A model generated the notes under the pieces. It had not been told where the DNA came from. It saw only the letters and a list, made by a program, of their open reading frames with translations, and made no database searches. Shown here piece by piece: positions 1-14,828 of a DNA stretch of 64,000 nucleotides (positions are counted from its first letter, which is position 1; every line of letters starts with the position of its first letter). The position numbers were made by a program, and so were the translations under genes. The stretch is from Piromyces finnis finn (taxonomy: Eukaryota > Fungi > Neocallimastigomycota): contig MCFH01000008.1 of the NCBI GenBank assembly GCA_002104945.1, forward strand, positions 806,001-870,000, written 5' to 3'.

Positions 1-2552
1 TTCTTTTTCTATATCTTTCATATCATCTAAAGCATAATGACATCTAGTGATAAGTTCTTCCTGTTCATTAATTGTCTTCTTTAGTCTATTGATTTTATTA
101 TCTTTTAGTTTAATAGTATTATATATTTTATTATAAACTACTTTATCGGCAGATTCCAACTTAAAAGATAAAGAAGAGATGTTGGATTCATCATCTTCAT
201 TCTTTTCATTTTCATTTTCTTGATTCTTTAAAATATTTTTTAAATCATTTACTTGCTGATAAATAACTTCATTTTGCATTGTGAATTTATGAATATTCAT
301 ATTCATAGCTGTGAAGTCCTCTTTAATATTTGATGGTATGTATGTTGATTTACTATTAATTTCTATTTGTATTTAGTATAACGTAAGTATATGAAATAAT
401 TATATATATAGTATACAAAAAATAGTTAAATATTTACAAAAGTTTAAAAGATTATTGGTTTTACACATAAATTTATATTTAAATATTTATACAATAATTG
501 ATATTAATATTTATTTTTTATATTACCTTCAAATTTTTCTAATGTTTTTTTAAAGAAAGGTTCTAATACTTCTATATATTTATCCATTTGTTCAATGTAT
601 TGAATAATAATTTGTTGGATTTTATCATTTTCAGCTTGTTCAGCTTGGAAAGAATGGTCATCATATGCAATCCATTGTTTTATTTTTTCAATATCATTTT
701 TAAGGCGTTGTTGATCCATTATAATCTTATTTTGGGATTTTTGAAGATTATTACTTTTTTCGATAATCTTTTCTGAAGCCAGTGGCTCACACTCAAGTTT
801 AATATTATTTTCTGAAATAATAGAATTACTTTTATTTATTTTACACATTTCCTGCCAGTCAATAATTACTTGATTTGACTCTTGGAAAATTTCAGAAACT
901 TCATTATATAAATTCATTAATAATTTTTGAACCATTTTTGAGGATTTTCTAGTTGGTTGTAATTCTTCGATGGAAGAACTTGAAGTTTTAATATCAGATA
1001 ATGATGGATTTTGACCTTGCTCATTATTTATATTATCATTTTGTTTTATATTATCATTTTTTGGATTTTCATTACTTTTATTGGTGGTATAAATAATATT
1101 CTTATTATCGCTAGTACAGTTAGTGTTATTTAATAATTCATTTTCTTTTTGTTTCTGAAGCATTTCATAATACAAACTTTCTATTGATTTTAATTCCTTA
1201 ATTCTATTACCTAGATCTTCGGTTGATTTTACTTGCAAATCTTCCATGATTTTTCTAATATTAACTAAATTGCTTTCTTTTTCCTTTAAATTTTTATAAA
1301 GTTCATTATAATTTTTTTGAAAATAATCTATTCTCTTTTTAATAGTATCAAATATTTCATAAGATTGTTTTATATTTGAAGATGTCATAACATCAGTAAG
1401 TGGAATAAAAGAATTTAAAAATGGTGATAAAATATTACTATCATCATCTAAATTAGGTGATTCTGGCAGTGGTCTATAAGGATATGAATTATTTGCTAAA
1501 GATACGCTAACATTTGTATTTGAAAATTTTAATAAAAATTCATCTAATTTATGTAAATTATCGAGATATATTGAGCATGTTTTTTTCAATTCATCGTTTT
1601 CTTTTACCATGTCCATATAATTTTTTTGCAATAAAAATATTCCATAACTATTATTTCCACTATTATCCTCATTTGCTGGATTGTTTTCATTAGTTTTTAA
1701 TTCATTTAAATAGTTATCCCTATCTTTTTGAACAGCTTCTTTAATACATTTATTAATGGATGCTTTAGTATTTTCTAATTCTTCTTGAAGCATCCATTTT
1801 TCTTTCGAAAGAGTATCAATGTTTTGACGCTGAACATTAAGTTGTTGATTTTTTGTTGTCAACTCTTCTTTAATATCATCAATTGCTTTTTTCATTGAAG
1901 TACTTTGTTCTGATAATTTGGACTTTTCTTTTTCCATTTCCTGGAGATTTAATATTAATTCTTTGTATTTTTCCATTATTTCAGCTTTTTGTTCAGTTAA
2001 AACTTCCAATGATTCTGTTAATACTTCTTGGTCATTTACAATCTTTTCATTTAATTCACGATTTCTTTTATTTGTATCATGTATTTCTCTTAATAATTCT
2101 GAATTTTCCTCCTCTAACTGATTAATTTTATTTTCATACTGTTTTATCTTTAATTCTAATTCTTCATTATTGGATTGCTTTATTTGTTTTTCTTCATTAT
2201 TATATTGACTATTTGAAGTATTAAAATTAAAATCATCCATAATTTGATGAGTTATGTTTACTATTTTAATTTCAGCATTATTGCCATTATTATTTCGAAA
2301 ATTACTATTATTGTTGGTATTATTATTACAATTCTCAATATTTTCAGCTTTCAATGATTCGAAATTATTTGAATTATTATCTGTTTGACCACTTGAACTT
2401 CTGCTCATTGATGATTGATTTGTGGATCCATTTAAAAAACTATCTTTTTTCTCTTTTTTAAAACGATTTAATGTTGCTTTAGCTTTTGCTAATTTTTGCT
2501 CTCTACTAAGAGAATCAAAAATTGGACTATCGGAATTTGTATTATTACTCAT
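1..2552 (-). CDS. Long coiled-coil protein, possibly golgin-like (GM130/Bug1-type basic N-terminal motif); 3' end outside window
   Basis: ORF 2552..504 with heptad E/K/Q/N-rich segments. Donor GAA G|GTAATA (exon ends 527) and acceptor ATAG|AA (exon starts 362) join in phase to an open frame EINSKSTYIPSNIKEDF...DDMKDIEKE running to base 1. N-terminal REQKLAKAKATLNRFKKEK resembles the GM130/Bug1 motif. Confidence 0.75.
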
Positions 2553-3674
2553 TTTTGTTTATTGTTTAGGATATCTATATATAATTATAACATATACTAA
2601 TATATTAGAATAATATATCATATTTTTTATTATCAATTTAAATTATTGTATACCTTTTTATTGGTATTTCATAATATAACAATTTATTTAAATAAAAATT
2701 TTGTTTTTATTCTATATTATTATTTTCATTTGTTTGAATTATCCTATTTTTTTTTTTAATATTAATTATATATTTTTAATGTTTTAATTTCATAATTTTA
2801 ACATTAAAAGATATTTTATTGAATACAGTGAATAGTAATGATATTTTTAGAGAAAGATTTCCTTTTGATATTGAAAAATATAATACTTATTAATGTCTAA
2901 ATAAAAACTGAAAAAATATAAAAAAATTATTTATTTATTTTTTGGATAAATAAAAATGTAAAATCATTAACAAAATTAAATATATATATATATTTTAATT
3001 ATAAATAAAGTTAAATATATATAGATATAAAATCAACAAATAATATTTTATTAATATTTGTTTGGAATAAAAATTTAGTATGTATTATACCTGTATTTAA
3101 ATAGTTTTTCCTTTTTTTTTTTTATACAAAATATATTATACATATATACATATAAATTTAAAAAATAGTATATGAGCATATATAGTAAAAATAAAAAAAG
3201 AGAGAAATAGATAAGGGAAATATATTAAGTGACTATATAAAAAAAAAGGTTTATTAAATTAGTATTAACTGGCATTATTAATCGTAATTATACTGTTTTG
3301 TTTTAATTGGAAAAAAATCTTTAATATTTTTTTTTTATGTAACACAAACTTCATTAAAATATTAAAATATCAATATTATTATAAACATCAAAAATTTAAT
3401 AGTAGATTTAAAGTACAAACTTATTAATAAAGTATTACATAATGTATAAAGAATAACCCAGGTTTTTTTTTATATATTAGTCAAATTATAATTAATATAT
3501 CTTTGGAAAAATTTATATTTATTAAAATTATTCCAAAAAAAATTTCCCCTATATTTTTTAGCCTTTAAGTATTACAATTTTTTTTTTTTATTTTGGGATA
3601 AATTTGACAATTAAATAATACCTCTGAAAGTAAAATTATAATAACAAATATAAAATATTGATTTCTTATTTTTC

Positions 3675-3712
3675 TTTTTTATAAAGATTATAATTATAAT
3701 CTTTATAAAAAA
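3675..3712. repeat. Perfect 38-bp palindrome (19-bp arms, no spacer) upstream of PEX19
   Basis: ttttttataaagattataa followed directly by ttataatctttataaaaaa, its exact reverse complement. Confidence 0.9.
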
Positions 3713-3784
3713 CGCTATTTGAAATATCATATTCTTACAATCATTTATTTATTATATTATATAATATAACAAGAATAATATTCG

Positions 3785-5583
3785 ATGTCTGCCCAAAATA
3801 ATAAAATAAACTTTGAGGTCACCGATGATGATCTTGATTCATTTTTAGATGGTATATAAAATTCAAATTTAAAATAGGTTTTTTTTTATTTTTATAGCTA
3901 TTATTATATATTTATAATCTATCAAATATTCAATAAATGAAGAATAATAATAAAAACATAAAAAAAAAAAGAAAATTGCAAAATAATAAATAATAAATAA
4001 ATTTACATCTAAATAGGATTTAAATAATATTTATTAGCTCTTTTTTAAATCAAATTAATTAATTAATTATCCATTATACCAAATATGAAAAAATATATAT
4101 TCTATTCAATAATAAAAAAAAATAGGTGTTTTGGATAATTTTGATAATCAATCAATTCCAACTATTCAACCTGTAAAACCAAAAATCGAAAATAAAGAGG
4201 AATTGAAGGAAGAAAAAAAAGATGATAAACCAGCAGCAGCAGCAGATCCATTTGATTTAGATTTAGAAGGCATTGATGATGAAATGGCAAAACAACTTAC
4301 TCAAGGTATGTTACAGCTCTTACAAGGAATGGATCCAAAAGATGCAGCTGACTTTGAAAGTAATATTGAAAAAATTGCTGGTGATTTAGAAAAAAATTTA
4401 AATGTTAGTGATAAAGAAGCAAAATCAACAAATAAGGGCAAAAAAACCACAACCTCTTTCCAAGATACTATTTCTGAAACTATAAATAATTTAAAAAGTA
4501 GTTCTGATAAAGTCGAGGTATTTTTTATTATTATTATTAATTTTTAAAAAATTATAAGTATAAAATCTATTATAATGATATATTTATAGATTATTTAAAA
4601 AAAATTAATAATATAAATTATTTTAAATAATCATTTGTTAATCTTTTTAACATTAAAATCTATTAATTTATAATTCATATTTTGCAAACAATTGATTTGA
4701 ATAAATAGGCTGAAGTTTCTGAAACAAATAATGATGTTATGGAAAAATTATTGAAGCAAATGGAAGGATTAGTTGATGAAGATTTTTGTGATGTTTTATC
4801 AGGTGTTATTGATCAATTAATGTCAAAGGAATTATTGTATGATTCAATGAAAGATTTATCTGATAGAGTAAGTATTATTAATAATAAAATAGAAAAGAGA
4901 ATTCTAAAAAAAAAAAAAATAAAAAAAAAAAAAAAAATAAAATAAAAAATAAAAAAGCAAAAAAGCAATAATAACAGCTATAAATAATTAAAAATAAAAG
5001 TGGAAAAAAAATTTTTTTAAAACCTTGAAAATCGAATATTAAATAATATAACACTTTATACATTAATACTTAAAAGTACCCATCATGGTTAGAAGAAAAC
5101 AAGGATAAACTTTCAAAGAAGGAAATAGAGAATTATGAAAACCAATATGATTGTTGTAAAAAAATTGTTGATATCTTCGAAAAATACGAAGGAAATGAAA
5201 TTTCTAAGGAAGATAATAAAAATGTTTCCGAATTAATGCAAAAGGTAATATTTTTATTATTAAAATACATAAATTATCAATATCATTGTTTATAATATAA
5301 ATTTGATATTTAATTTGAGTTTATATTTATATTCTTTTTTTTTTTTTTTTTAATAATAGATGCAAGGTTATGGTAATCCGTAAGTATTTTAAAAATTATC
5401 AAAAAATGCATTATTAACTAAATATGATTATTAATTTATATTAAAAAATTATAATATGTATTTCTTTAAATAAATAGACCATCCGAAATATTGAAAGAAT
5501 TAGCACCTGATATGATTGTTGGACCAGATAATATACCAAAACTCCCAGATAATATACCCGAAGGTGATTGCGCTCAAATGTAA
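3785..5583 (+). CDS. PEX19: Peroxin 19, farnesylated peroxisomal membrane protein import receptor
   Basis: Six exons (3785-3851, 4126-4517, 4709-4867, 5077-5244, 5360-5379, 5478-5583) join in frame. N-terminal DDDLDSFLD motif, C-domain LMSKELLYDSMKDLSDRYPSWLEENK...MQKMQGYGNPPSEIL, and terminal CaaX box CAQM*. Confidence 0.93.
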
Positions 5584-6071
5584 ATTACAGCACATTCAAA
5601 TTCTAAAGGATTAATAAATTGATTGTAATTTTAAAAAAGGAAACAAAAACAAAAACATAAAAATAAACCAAATATATATAATTAATTAATTATATATATA
5701 ATATAAATAAGTTTTATTAAAATTATTTTTAAAAGATTTTTAGCTTTCTTTCTTTCTTCTTTTCCTAATAAATAAATTAATAAAAAATAACTATCAAATT
5801 AATATTAAAACTCTTTCAAAAAAATAAAAATAAAAATAAAAATAAAAAAATTCCTGCAAAGTTTTTTTTTTAATAATTTTTTTTTTTTTTTGTTATTGTA
5901 TTTTGTTTTTTTAACTATACATCCTATAGTTACATAATTCTATTAATATAATATATTAATAAATTTAGAAATTATTATATTAGAAAATATTAAATATTTT
6001 GAGAAATAAATAAAGTGAAGAAAAAAGAAAAAAGAAAAAAAAAAGAAATACTTATTGTTATTATTATTATT

Positions 6072-7268
6072 TTAACCAACTCTTTTTGATAAATCTGTTG
6101 GCTTATATTTATCTTGTGCCCAAGTCATGATACGTTTAATTGATTGAATCCATTTTCTTTGAGATTCATCATTTAATACATGTGCAACCTGGGAAGCAAA
6201 AATCTTTTCACGAGCTATTTTATATTAAAAGTATTAAATATAAAAATTAAATTAACATTTAAAAGATTGAATTATTAATTTAAAAAATTAACTTTATTAT
6301 TACTATTATTATTTACCTGAACGTTCGTGGATACCAACCATAGTTACACCAATTGGCCATGGAGCATTACCAATAGATAATTGAAGATAGGATTCATTAG
6401 CTTTCATATATTCTCTTTCTTGCATGAACTGTGCAATTTCAGATACTCTAGCAAGTACATCAGCTTCAATTGTTTTTCGTTTTAATCCTTTAAAAAAAGG
6501 TTTTAAATATTCTCGTGTTTGACGTTGAATAGCAGTTTCACGCTTACCTTTATAACTTCTTTTAACTTCTTCACTTCTTTCATTTAATTCATCTTCCCAT
6601 GCATCTAATAAGCGTTTAAAGTATACTGAAATAAGGAAACAAGCTTTATCCATATCTTTTTGAATCAATTCAAGTCCAATAATTGTTGTATCAACATCTT
6701 TATAATCTTTTTTCTTTTTATTTTTTTCATCATCATCTTTTATACCTGCTTGTTTCTTTAATGCTTCTAAATCTAAATTACGGTCAGTATCTTCCATAGC
6801 ATGCATAAATTCATTTTGTTGACCTTCTGTTTTTTCTTCTGCAGCTTCTAAATGTCGTAGACGAATAATTCTTTCTTGATCAGTTTCACCAAAGTAACGA
6901 ATAGGTTCCCCATGACTTCTTAAACGTTTAATAACTTCATCTTGACTGATATTTTCAAATATTTTTGATAAATTATCATTATCATCGTCATCATTGTTAT
7001 CACTATTTGATTTATTTTCACCTTTGTCAGATTTATTATTTGAATTATTGTTTAATGAAATGGCCTTAGTTATTTCATTTTCTTTTTTCTTTTTTAATTT
7101 CTCTTCTTTTTCTTTTTCTAAATTTTCAAAATACTTTTTTTTCTCTAGATTTTCAATTTCACCTCTCTTTATATATTTCTTTTTACTTGATTTATCAGAT
7201 TTTGCTTCATCTATTAGCTTTCTTTTTTTTGAAATTTCTTCATCAATAATTGACTTTAAAAAATCCAT
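6072..7268 (-). CDS. PRP18: Pre-mRNA splicing factor Prp18
   Basis: Exons 7268-6317 and 6214-6072. PRP4-like motif [14 protein letters not shown] and invariant [25 protein letters not shown]...[18 protein letters not shown]. Confidence 0.95.
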
Positions 7269-10140
7269 TATATTATTTTAAAATTTAAAAAATTTAAATA
7301 TAATATTTACTTGATATTTTCTTTTTTTTTTTCAATAATATTTAATGTGATAAAAATAGAATATTAGTAATAATAACCTTTATAATATATTAAAATTAAA
7401 TTTCTAGATTAATCTACTTCTGAAGTTGTGCAGTAATTTTTATTTAAATCTTGACTATTTTATTCAACTATTATATAAATATATAAATTTATTAAATATA
7501 AAATTTTAAAGGATTTTTATAAAAAAAAAAAAAATTAAAAAAATGGTGGTAAAGATTTAGTAATTAAATTTTCAATATACATAAATCAAAGAGAATATTA
7601 AATTAAAAAATGAAATAAGTGAGAAGTTAATAAATAACTACTAAATAAATATTTAACAAATAATATGAAATAATTCATTTATTTCATTTCAAACCAACAA
7701 ATTAGGTGAATAATTTTTTATATACAAATTTTTTTATTATAATAATATATATTTTTATAAAAATCAACTCTACCGGCCAGGTTATACATATACAAATGTA
7801 TATATATATTTTATTTACTATTATTTACTAAAAAATTGTAAATAATTATTCTATAATATTTCAATTTGTAAGTTATAATTATATATTCCTCCATATTTCA
7901 CTGAAGATAAATATCCTTTCTTTTTAATAATTTGTGTCAATTTATTTATTTCTTAGTAATAATTGTAATAATTAATTTATATTTTATCTTTGTAAATAAT
8001 AATCTTCGACTATCAAGGTAAAGATATATCTTAATGAAAATATATAATATATATTTAAAATTCTGTAGGTTTAAATAAAGTAATTTTTTAAAATAATGTG
8101 TTTTTCATTTTAATATTATAATTATAATGATATTTTTTAAAAAAAAAAAAAAAGAAATGAAATGAAAAAGAAAAGAAAGAAAGAAGGGAAAGAAGAAGAA
8201 GAAGAAATTTATGTTATCTTATTTTTATTTAAATTCAATTTGTCCCTTTTAAAGTTTTTAGTTACAGAATGAAAAAATTAAAATATTAACACTCTTGATG
8301 ATTTAAAATTTATTTCCATATTCTTTGTATGGTAAAAATAACTTTAAATATTTAAATTGGTTTTTTAGGTTTTATAATATATTCATAATACATTTTAATT
8401 AATATTATTATTGGAATAAATATATATGATTTATTATTTATTATTATTATTATTATTATTAAATATATAATAGAATAAAATAATTAATTTATTCACTTTA
8501 ATGGTATTAAACAATATGATTATAATGAAAGCGTAGTAAAATATTAGAATTGAAATGTGTATTAATTAATTTGAATTTAGATTTTCAAAAATATTTATTT
8601 ATTCATACAATTGAGTCCAATATCTGAAGTTTTGAAATATAGGTACTAAAAAAACTGTTTTAGCAATTATTGTATCCCCCAAATTTATAAAGATAGGTTT
8701 TATTTATTTAAAGAATTGACTAAACTTTGTTGTGGCTCTACATTCTTTGGTATAAATATAACATTATTAAGTATGTTCTAAAGTTATATTTTAATATTTA
8801 TTATTAAGTATATTTTAAGCTATCTAATTTATTGTGTATTAACAAAGTTATTTATTATTTTTCATTCTTTTATTAACTTTTTAAATCAATATCAGTTGAT
8901 TTTTTTAAAGAGAACATATTTCTTGTAATAAAATAATTATTACATCAAAATAATTAATTATCTATAATTTAAATATATATATTTTCTTTTGAATATTTAT
9001 GAACTTAATCATTAACTTTTTGTTAATGTATAAACTAGAATTTAATTTAAAATATAAATGTTCTATTTCTCCAATAATATAATATAGTATAATGTAATAT
9101 ATATAAAGTTTAGATTTTTTTGCTATCAATAATAAAGAAGTTTTTCCAAGCAAAAGTAAAATGTTTTAATATCAATTATTTAAATATTTAAATACTATCA
9201 ATTTATATTAAACATTTATTCAGTAGGATGAGATAATTAAAATATTAAATAAATAATATATTAATATAATTGAATACAATAAATAGCCAATATATAACTA
9301 TCAAAAAATATTAATATTTAAGATATTAATTATTAATCTTAAATTTTATTAATTTTTTTTTATTATAAATAAATAATTAAAGAATATTTTAATATATAAA
9401 AATAGCATTATACTGTTTATTATTTTAGTTTAACCTTATCTTATTCTTTAATTTGAAAAATCAATATTATATAATTTCCAATTTTAATTCAATTCATTGT
9501 TAATTAATAATATACCACTATATATTAAAATAATAAATCTTTTTTTTTTTATTTCTCTTTTTTAAGTTAAAGGATTTAACTTAAATTTTTTTAAAAAAGT
9601 AAAATTTACATTATTTTGCTATTAATTAAACATACTCAATAAATATTCATTGAACAAAGGTATTAAATAAATAATATTAATAATAAATATGCTAAAAAGA
9701 TATTTTTTAAATATTAATATTTTTTTTATAGCATTATTCTGATATTTAACAATATGGACATTGTTTTAAGGAATTAATACATGCTTATAATAACAACAAT
9801 AATATCTAAAATGCTTTTATTAAATAATTTAATATATTATCAAAAATCAAAAATCTAATTATTTAATTTCATTATAAATATTATAAATATAAATATAAAT
9901 ATAAATCATTTGAAATTTTATTTTCAATTTATTTCAATTATTATTTTTTTAAACACTGAAGTTGTATTTATAAGAATAATAATAGCCAGTATTTCACAAA
10001 ATATCAAAGTATAAGTATAATTTTGTAATAAATTTAAAATATTAAAATTCAATTCAATTTTTGTAATAATTAAAATAATTATAAAATAATAAAAAGGACA
10101 ACATTAATTATAATAAAAACAAAAAAAAAAAAAAAAGTAA

Positions 10141-10142
10141 AT

Positions 10143-10180
<38 letters not shown>

Positions 10181-10191
10181 TAATAATAATA
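10141..10191. repeat. (TAA)n microsatellite
   Basis: Near-perfect TAA run with one CAA interruption. Confidence 0.85.
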
Positions 10192-10406
10192 GTAAATTTA
10201 AAGTTTTATAATTCAATTTAAATAAAAACAAAAACAAATATAAAAATAAAAATCCGTTATGGTTTTTAAATTTATTTTTAAAAAAAAATTTTTAGAAAAC
10301 ATTGGAAAATTAAACAGGATTTAAGCAATTACAAAAGATCAAATAAAAAATTAAGGAGTCAATTAAAACTAAACTATACTATTAAGTTTAAATATATAAT
10401 TCTAAA

Positions 10407-13400
10407 ATGTCGAATTCATTTCAAAATTCATTAAATGCAACAACTGTATCAAACAATTTTGTTATAAAAGATAAACAGTTAGATAATCAAAAGAAAACAT
10501 ATAAGAAGGAAGATTTAAAAATATTACAACAAAAATATTCAAATTCAATGAGTATTCCAAATCCAACACAAAAACAACTATTATATTTACAACAACAACT
10601 TCAACAACAAAGAATACAGCAACAGCAACAGCAATTACAACAACAATTAAAGCAGCAACAACAGCAAATGATATACAATAAAATACAAAATAAAAGGAAA
10701 ATTGACAGAGAAAAAATGTATATCGTTTATTCATTTAAATAAATAATTATAATAATAGATTATAATAAAAAATATTTTATTTTTAATCACATAAAATTAT
10801 TTTATTATCATTCATTATATTTAAAATAGGTTAGATACATATATATATGATTATTGCTTAAAACGTAATTATAAACAAACAGCAGAACTGCTTAAGCAAG
10901 AAGCAAAGGTTTCAGTAGAGGATATTCAACAAATTAATTCAGAAGGATTTTTATATGAGTGGTGGACAGTATTTTGGGAAATATATTCAGCAAAAGAAAA
11001 TAATGAAGAAGATACTACTTCAGATGCACTAACGTATATAGGTGCCCAAAATTTAAAAGCAAAACAAAACGAGATTTTATTACGTCAAATTAATTCAATT
11101 AATACACCGAAAGGTGTAAATTCTAGTTCTTTAACTAATCAAATAATGAACCCCCAATTAAAGCAACTTCAACAATTACAACTTCAACAGTTACATTCAA
11201 AACAAAATGCCCAATCTAGTAACATTACACAAGCATCAATATCAACCACACAGCCAAGTACAACACAATCATCGATTCAACAACAGTTACAACAACTACA
11301 AGCTCAAATAAAATCAAGTCAAACACAAAATCAATCACATTCAAATAGTTCTTCGTCTATATTAGCAAATAATCAAAATCATACAACTACTTTAAATAAT
11401 AGTAATAGCATACTACCACTAACTGTAACGTCTAATTCAACATCTGGTGCTGCCAAAAATCTTCAACTTTCAACAAGTGATAGCCCACAATTTAATATTA
11501 GTAATGCATTAACTGGTCTTACTTATACTCCACAAAGTTTACCAAATTCAAGTAGAGCATCTTTAATTCAATCTAATAATATAGCACAGTCTCAGCAACC
11601 AACACAATCACCACACTTATCTACTAATCCCTCACCCCAATTATCTCAAGGTATACTAAGAAATGGTACTAATACATCATCATTATCAAATGCAAGTAAT
11701 TTACAAAATATTGGACGGAGTAGTGCTGCCACAGCCACATTAAATTTATATGCAGCAATGAGAAACCAAAGTAACCTTTCACTTCAAGATAAAAATCAAC
11801 TACTTTCCCAATCACATATAATGAAAATGGTTCAAAATAAAGTGTTGAAGTATAAATCCATATAATTAAATAATTAAAACATATATATTGTTAAATTTAA
11901 GTATTTTTATAACTGATTAACATTATAAAATACTTTTTTTTGTTTTGTATATTTATGGTTTTCTATAGTCAAATAAAACAACAAAAAAACGGATCGAATC
12001 AGACAATAAGCACATCAACTGTAAATACCCCAACAAGTATTACAACACAGGTAAGTGAAAATATTTTATTAAAATGTTTTAATTTGGATATACATATTAA
12101 ATTATAATAATACATTGATATTAATATTACTTTTAGACAAGTGGAATTAAAAATGCCTCTACATTGAAAAAGAATGCATTATCACCTACCGATTCAGTTC
12201 AGGAAATGTCACCACCCCCATCAAAACGTATACGTGCTAATAGCGTTCAATATAGTCCCGTTTTAAATAGTAATACTATCCAAAGTCCAGTATTAACTAC
12301 TCAACAACGTATGTCATATATATAATTAATATATTATATACTATCAAATAATTTTAAAAAAAAAACACAAAAATTTGTTTATATAAAATAATAATACATA
12401 AATAAAAATAAAATAATCATAATATTTTTATAAATAATTTAAATGAATAATTATATATATAAAAAACTATTCTCTTTTATAATCAATAAAATATAATACA
12501 AAAACACACATACATTCACAAACACACATACACAAAAAAAAAAAAAAAAAAAAAAAAAGAATCTTTGAATATAAATACTAGTCCAATTATAAGCAATAAT
12601 GGATTGTTAAGTGATTTATCAACAAGTAAGTAATTTATTTATATATATATATAAATAAATAAAATTATATATGAAATGTGTAAAGGAATTATAGTATTAT
12701 TTAATCATATATACCTCTTAATATATATGTATATATATATATATTAAATAATAAAACCTTAGATTATTATTATAATTGATAAAACATTAATCAAATACCA
12801 GAAAGAAAAAAAATAATATTTATTTATATTTTATAATTATAGTAATAATTTAATATCTTATTATTGTTAAATTAAATTTATTTATATAAGATGTTAATTG
12901 TATTAATATTTTTTTTTAAATATTTATAATATATAGCTCAATTAATGGGGAAAAATTGGAATACATCAAACAAACAATTAATTAATCAACAATTACAAAA
13001 TCCACAAAATCAATTGTTATTAAAGAGAAAGCAACAACTAGGTAAATTTTCGTTTTCATTTTTGTTTTTATTAAAATGTGTCATTTATTTGAGGTTAATT
13101 AATAAATTAATTATTTATATATTTATAATATATTATGTAGGATTACAAAATACAGAAGCTCAAGAATTATTATTACAACAAAAAGCCTTACAAGCTCAAG
13201 CTCAAGGTTTAAAAACAGCTAATGCTCAAATTCAATATAATTTAAAACTAAAAGCACAACAATCTGTGAGTTATAAATATTCTTTTAAGTTATATAACAA
13301 TTATATTTTTAATTGTTATTTTAAAATTTAATTCTAATTTTAGTTTTTTTAAAATATAAATTTATCTTTATATAATAATTAATCAATGATAAAATATAGC

Positions 13401-14797
13401 AAAATCAAATATTGTCAACAAATCCGGTTAACATAGCTGTAACATCTTCATCTACAGTAAATTTTAAATCACTAAAGGCAGGAAAATCTAATATAACTCA
13501 AAAAAATAAAATAACACCTATAGTAACAACATTACCAACAGCCATAAATAAATTGGATTCGAACTCAATAATAGTAAAATCATCACCATCCTCAATATCT
13601 TCAGACATAAAACATAAAACCTCTGTATCACCAAATCAAGATAGTTCTGTAGCTGCTATAGCAACTGCAAAAGCAACTACAGTAAATAATGAAAGTTATA
13701 TATCAGAGGATAATGAACCTAATACACAAAAAACTAAAAATGTCATTGGAACAACTTCACAGTCTTTAACTCAAATAAAATCAAATATCGATAAAAAAGA
13801 CCCAAATAATCTTAATCAATTATCATTATCGTTACTTCAAAATCCATCTACTGATACATTAGACCAAATATTACAAAATTCATCAATTAATTATTCATTG
13901 AATGATGCTGATATGTTTAATAAAAGTATGGAGATTTTATTAAATTTCCATAATTTAGCACCATTTGATGGTGATCCTACAAAGAATGAAATAGAAAAAG
14001 CAAATAGTAATGCAATATTTGATTCGGTTGCATCATTTGCAAACGATAAAACGGCAAATGTAGATGAAGACCCTGAGAAAATGTTTTCAATTCCAGTAGA
14101 ATCGGTATTTTATGGTACGGGATCAAGCGAAGTAAAATTCCCAACTGAAAAGAAAAATAATTCAACCAAAAAAAAATTAAATTTGAATTATATAGGAAAT
14201 AAAAATTTAGATGTTAATAAAGTAAAATTCTTAACACCTATTACTTCATTACAAGAACATAAACAAACAGTATCGGCATGCTGTTTTGATAATTTGGGAG
14301 TAGTATTAGCTAGTGGTTCAAATGACAACAAGACTATTATTTGGGATGTAAGTAATACAAATAATAGACCTAAGCCTGTATGGACTTTAGGTGGCCATAA
14401 AAAATCTGTTAATATTGTTCGCTTTTTTAATTTAACAGGTTTAGTTGGTAATGCTGTTACTTCAAATAATGTAGAGCAAATTATTAATACAGTTCCAACC
14501 CTTTTAGTTACAGGAAGTATTGATAAAACTGTAAGAATATGGAAATTAAATGGTATAAAAAATGGTATAATAAATGAGAAGGAATCTTATGAGATATTTT
14601 CAGTATTTGAAAAACATAATTGGAATATTACAGCAGCAGATTTTTGTCCAGTTGCTGTATGTTCAAGTCAAAATGTAGATGGCTTTGGTGAACCTGGAAA
14701 GAAAGTAACAATTTACTGTGGTAGTTTAGATGCTGAGGGAGAGCTGAAAATATGGAATATTATCAATAAAAAAATATTAAAATCTATTAAACTGGTA

Positions 14798-14828
<31 letters not shown>

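Noticed and set aside
588-2613. Short plus-strand ORFs (588, 1883, 1918, 2422)
   Set aside because: Antisense shadows of the coiled-coil gene, with F/L/I-rich composition typical of reverse-read AT-rich codons.
8962-9153. 63-aa ORF and nearby coding-like bits at ~7870-7950 (KKKGYLSSVKYGG)
   Set aside because: No recognizable motif or consistent exon chain; compatible with AT-rich noise.
9561-9585. 11-bp-arm hairpin tttaagttaaa-gga-tttaacttaaa
   Set aside because: Roughly one such hairpin is expected by chance at this AT content.
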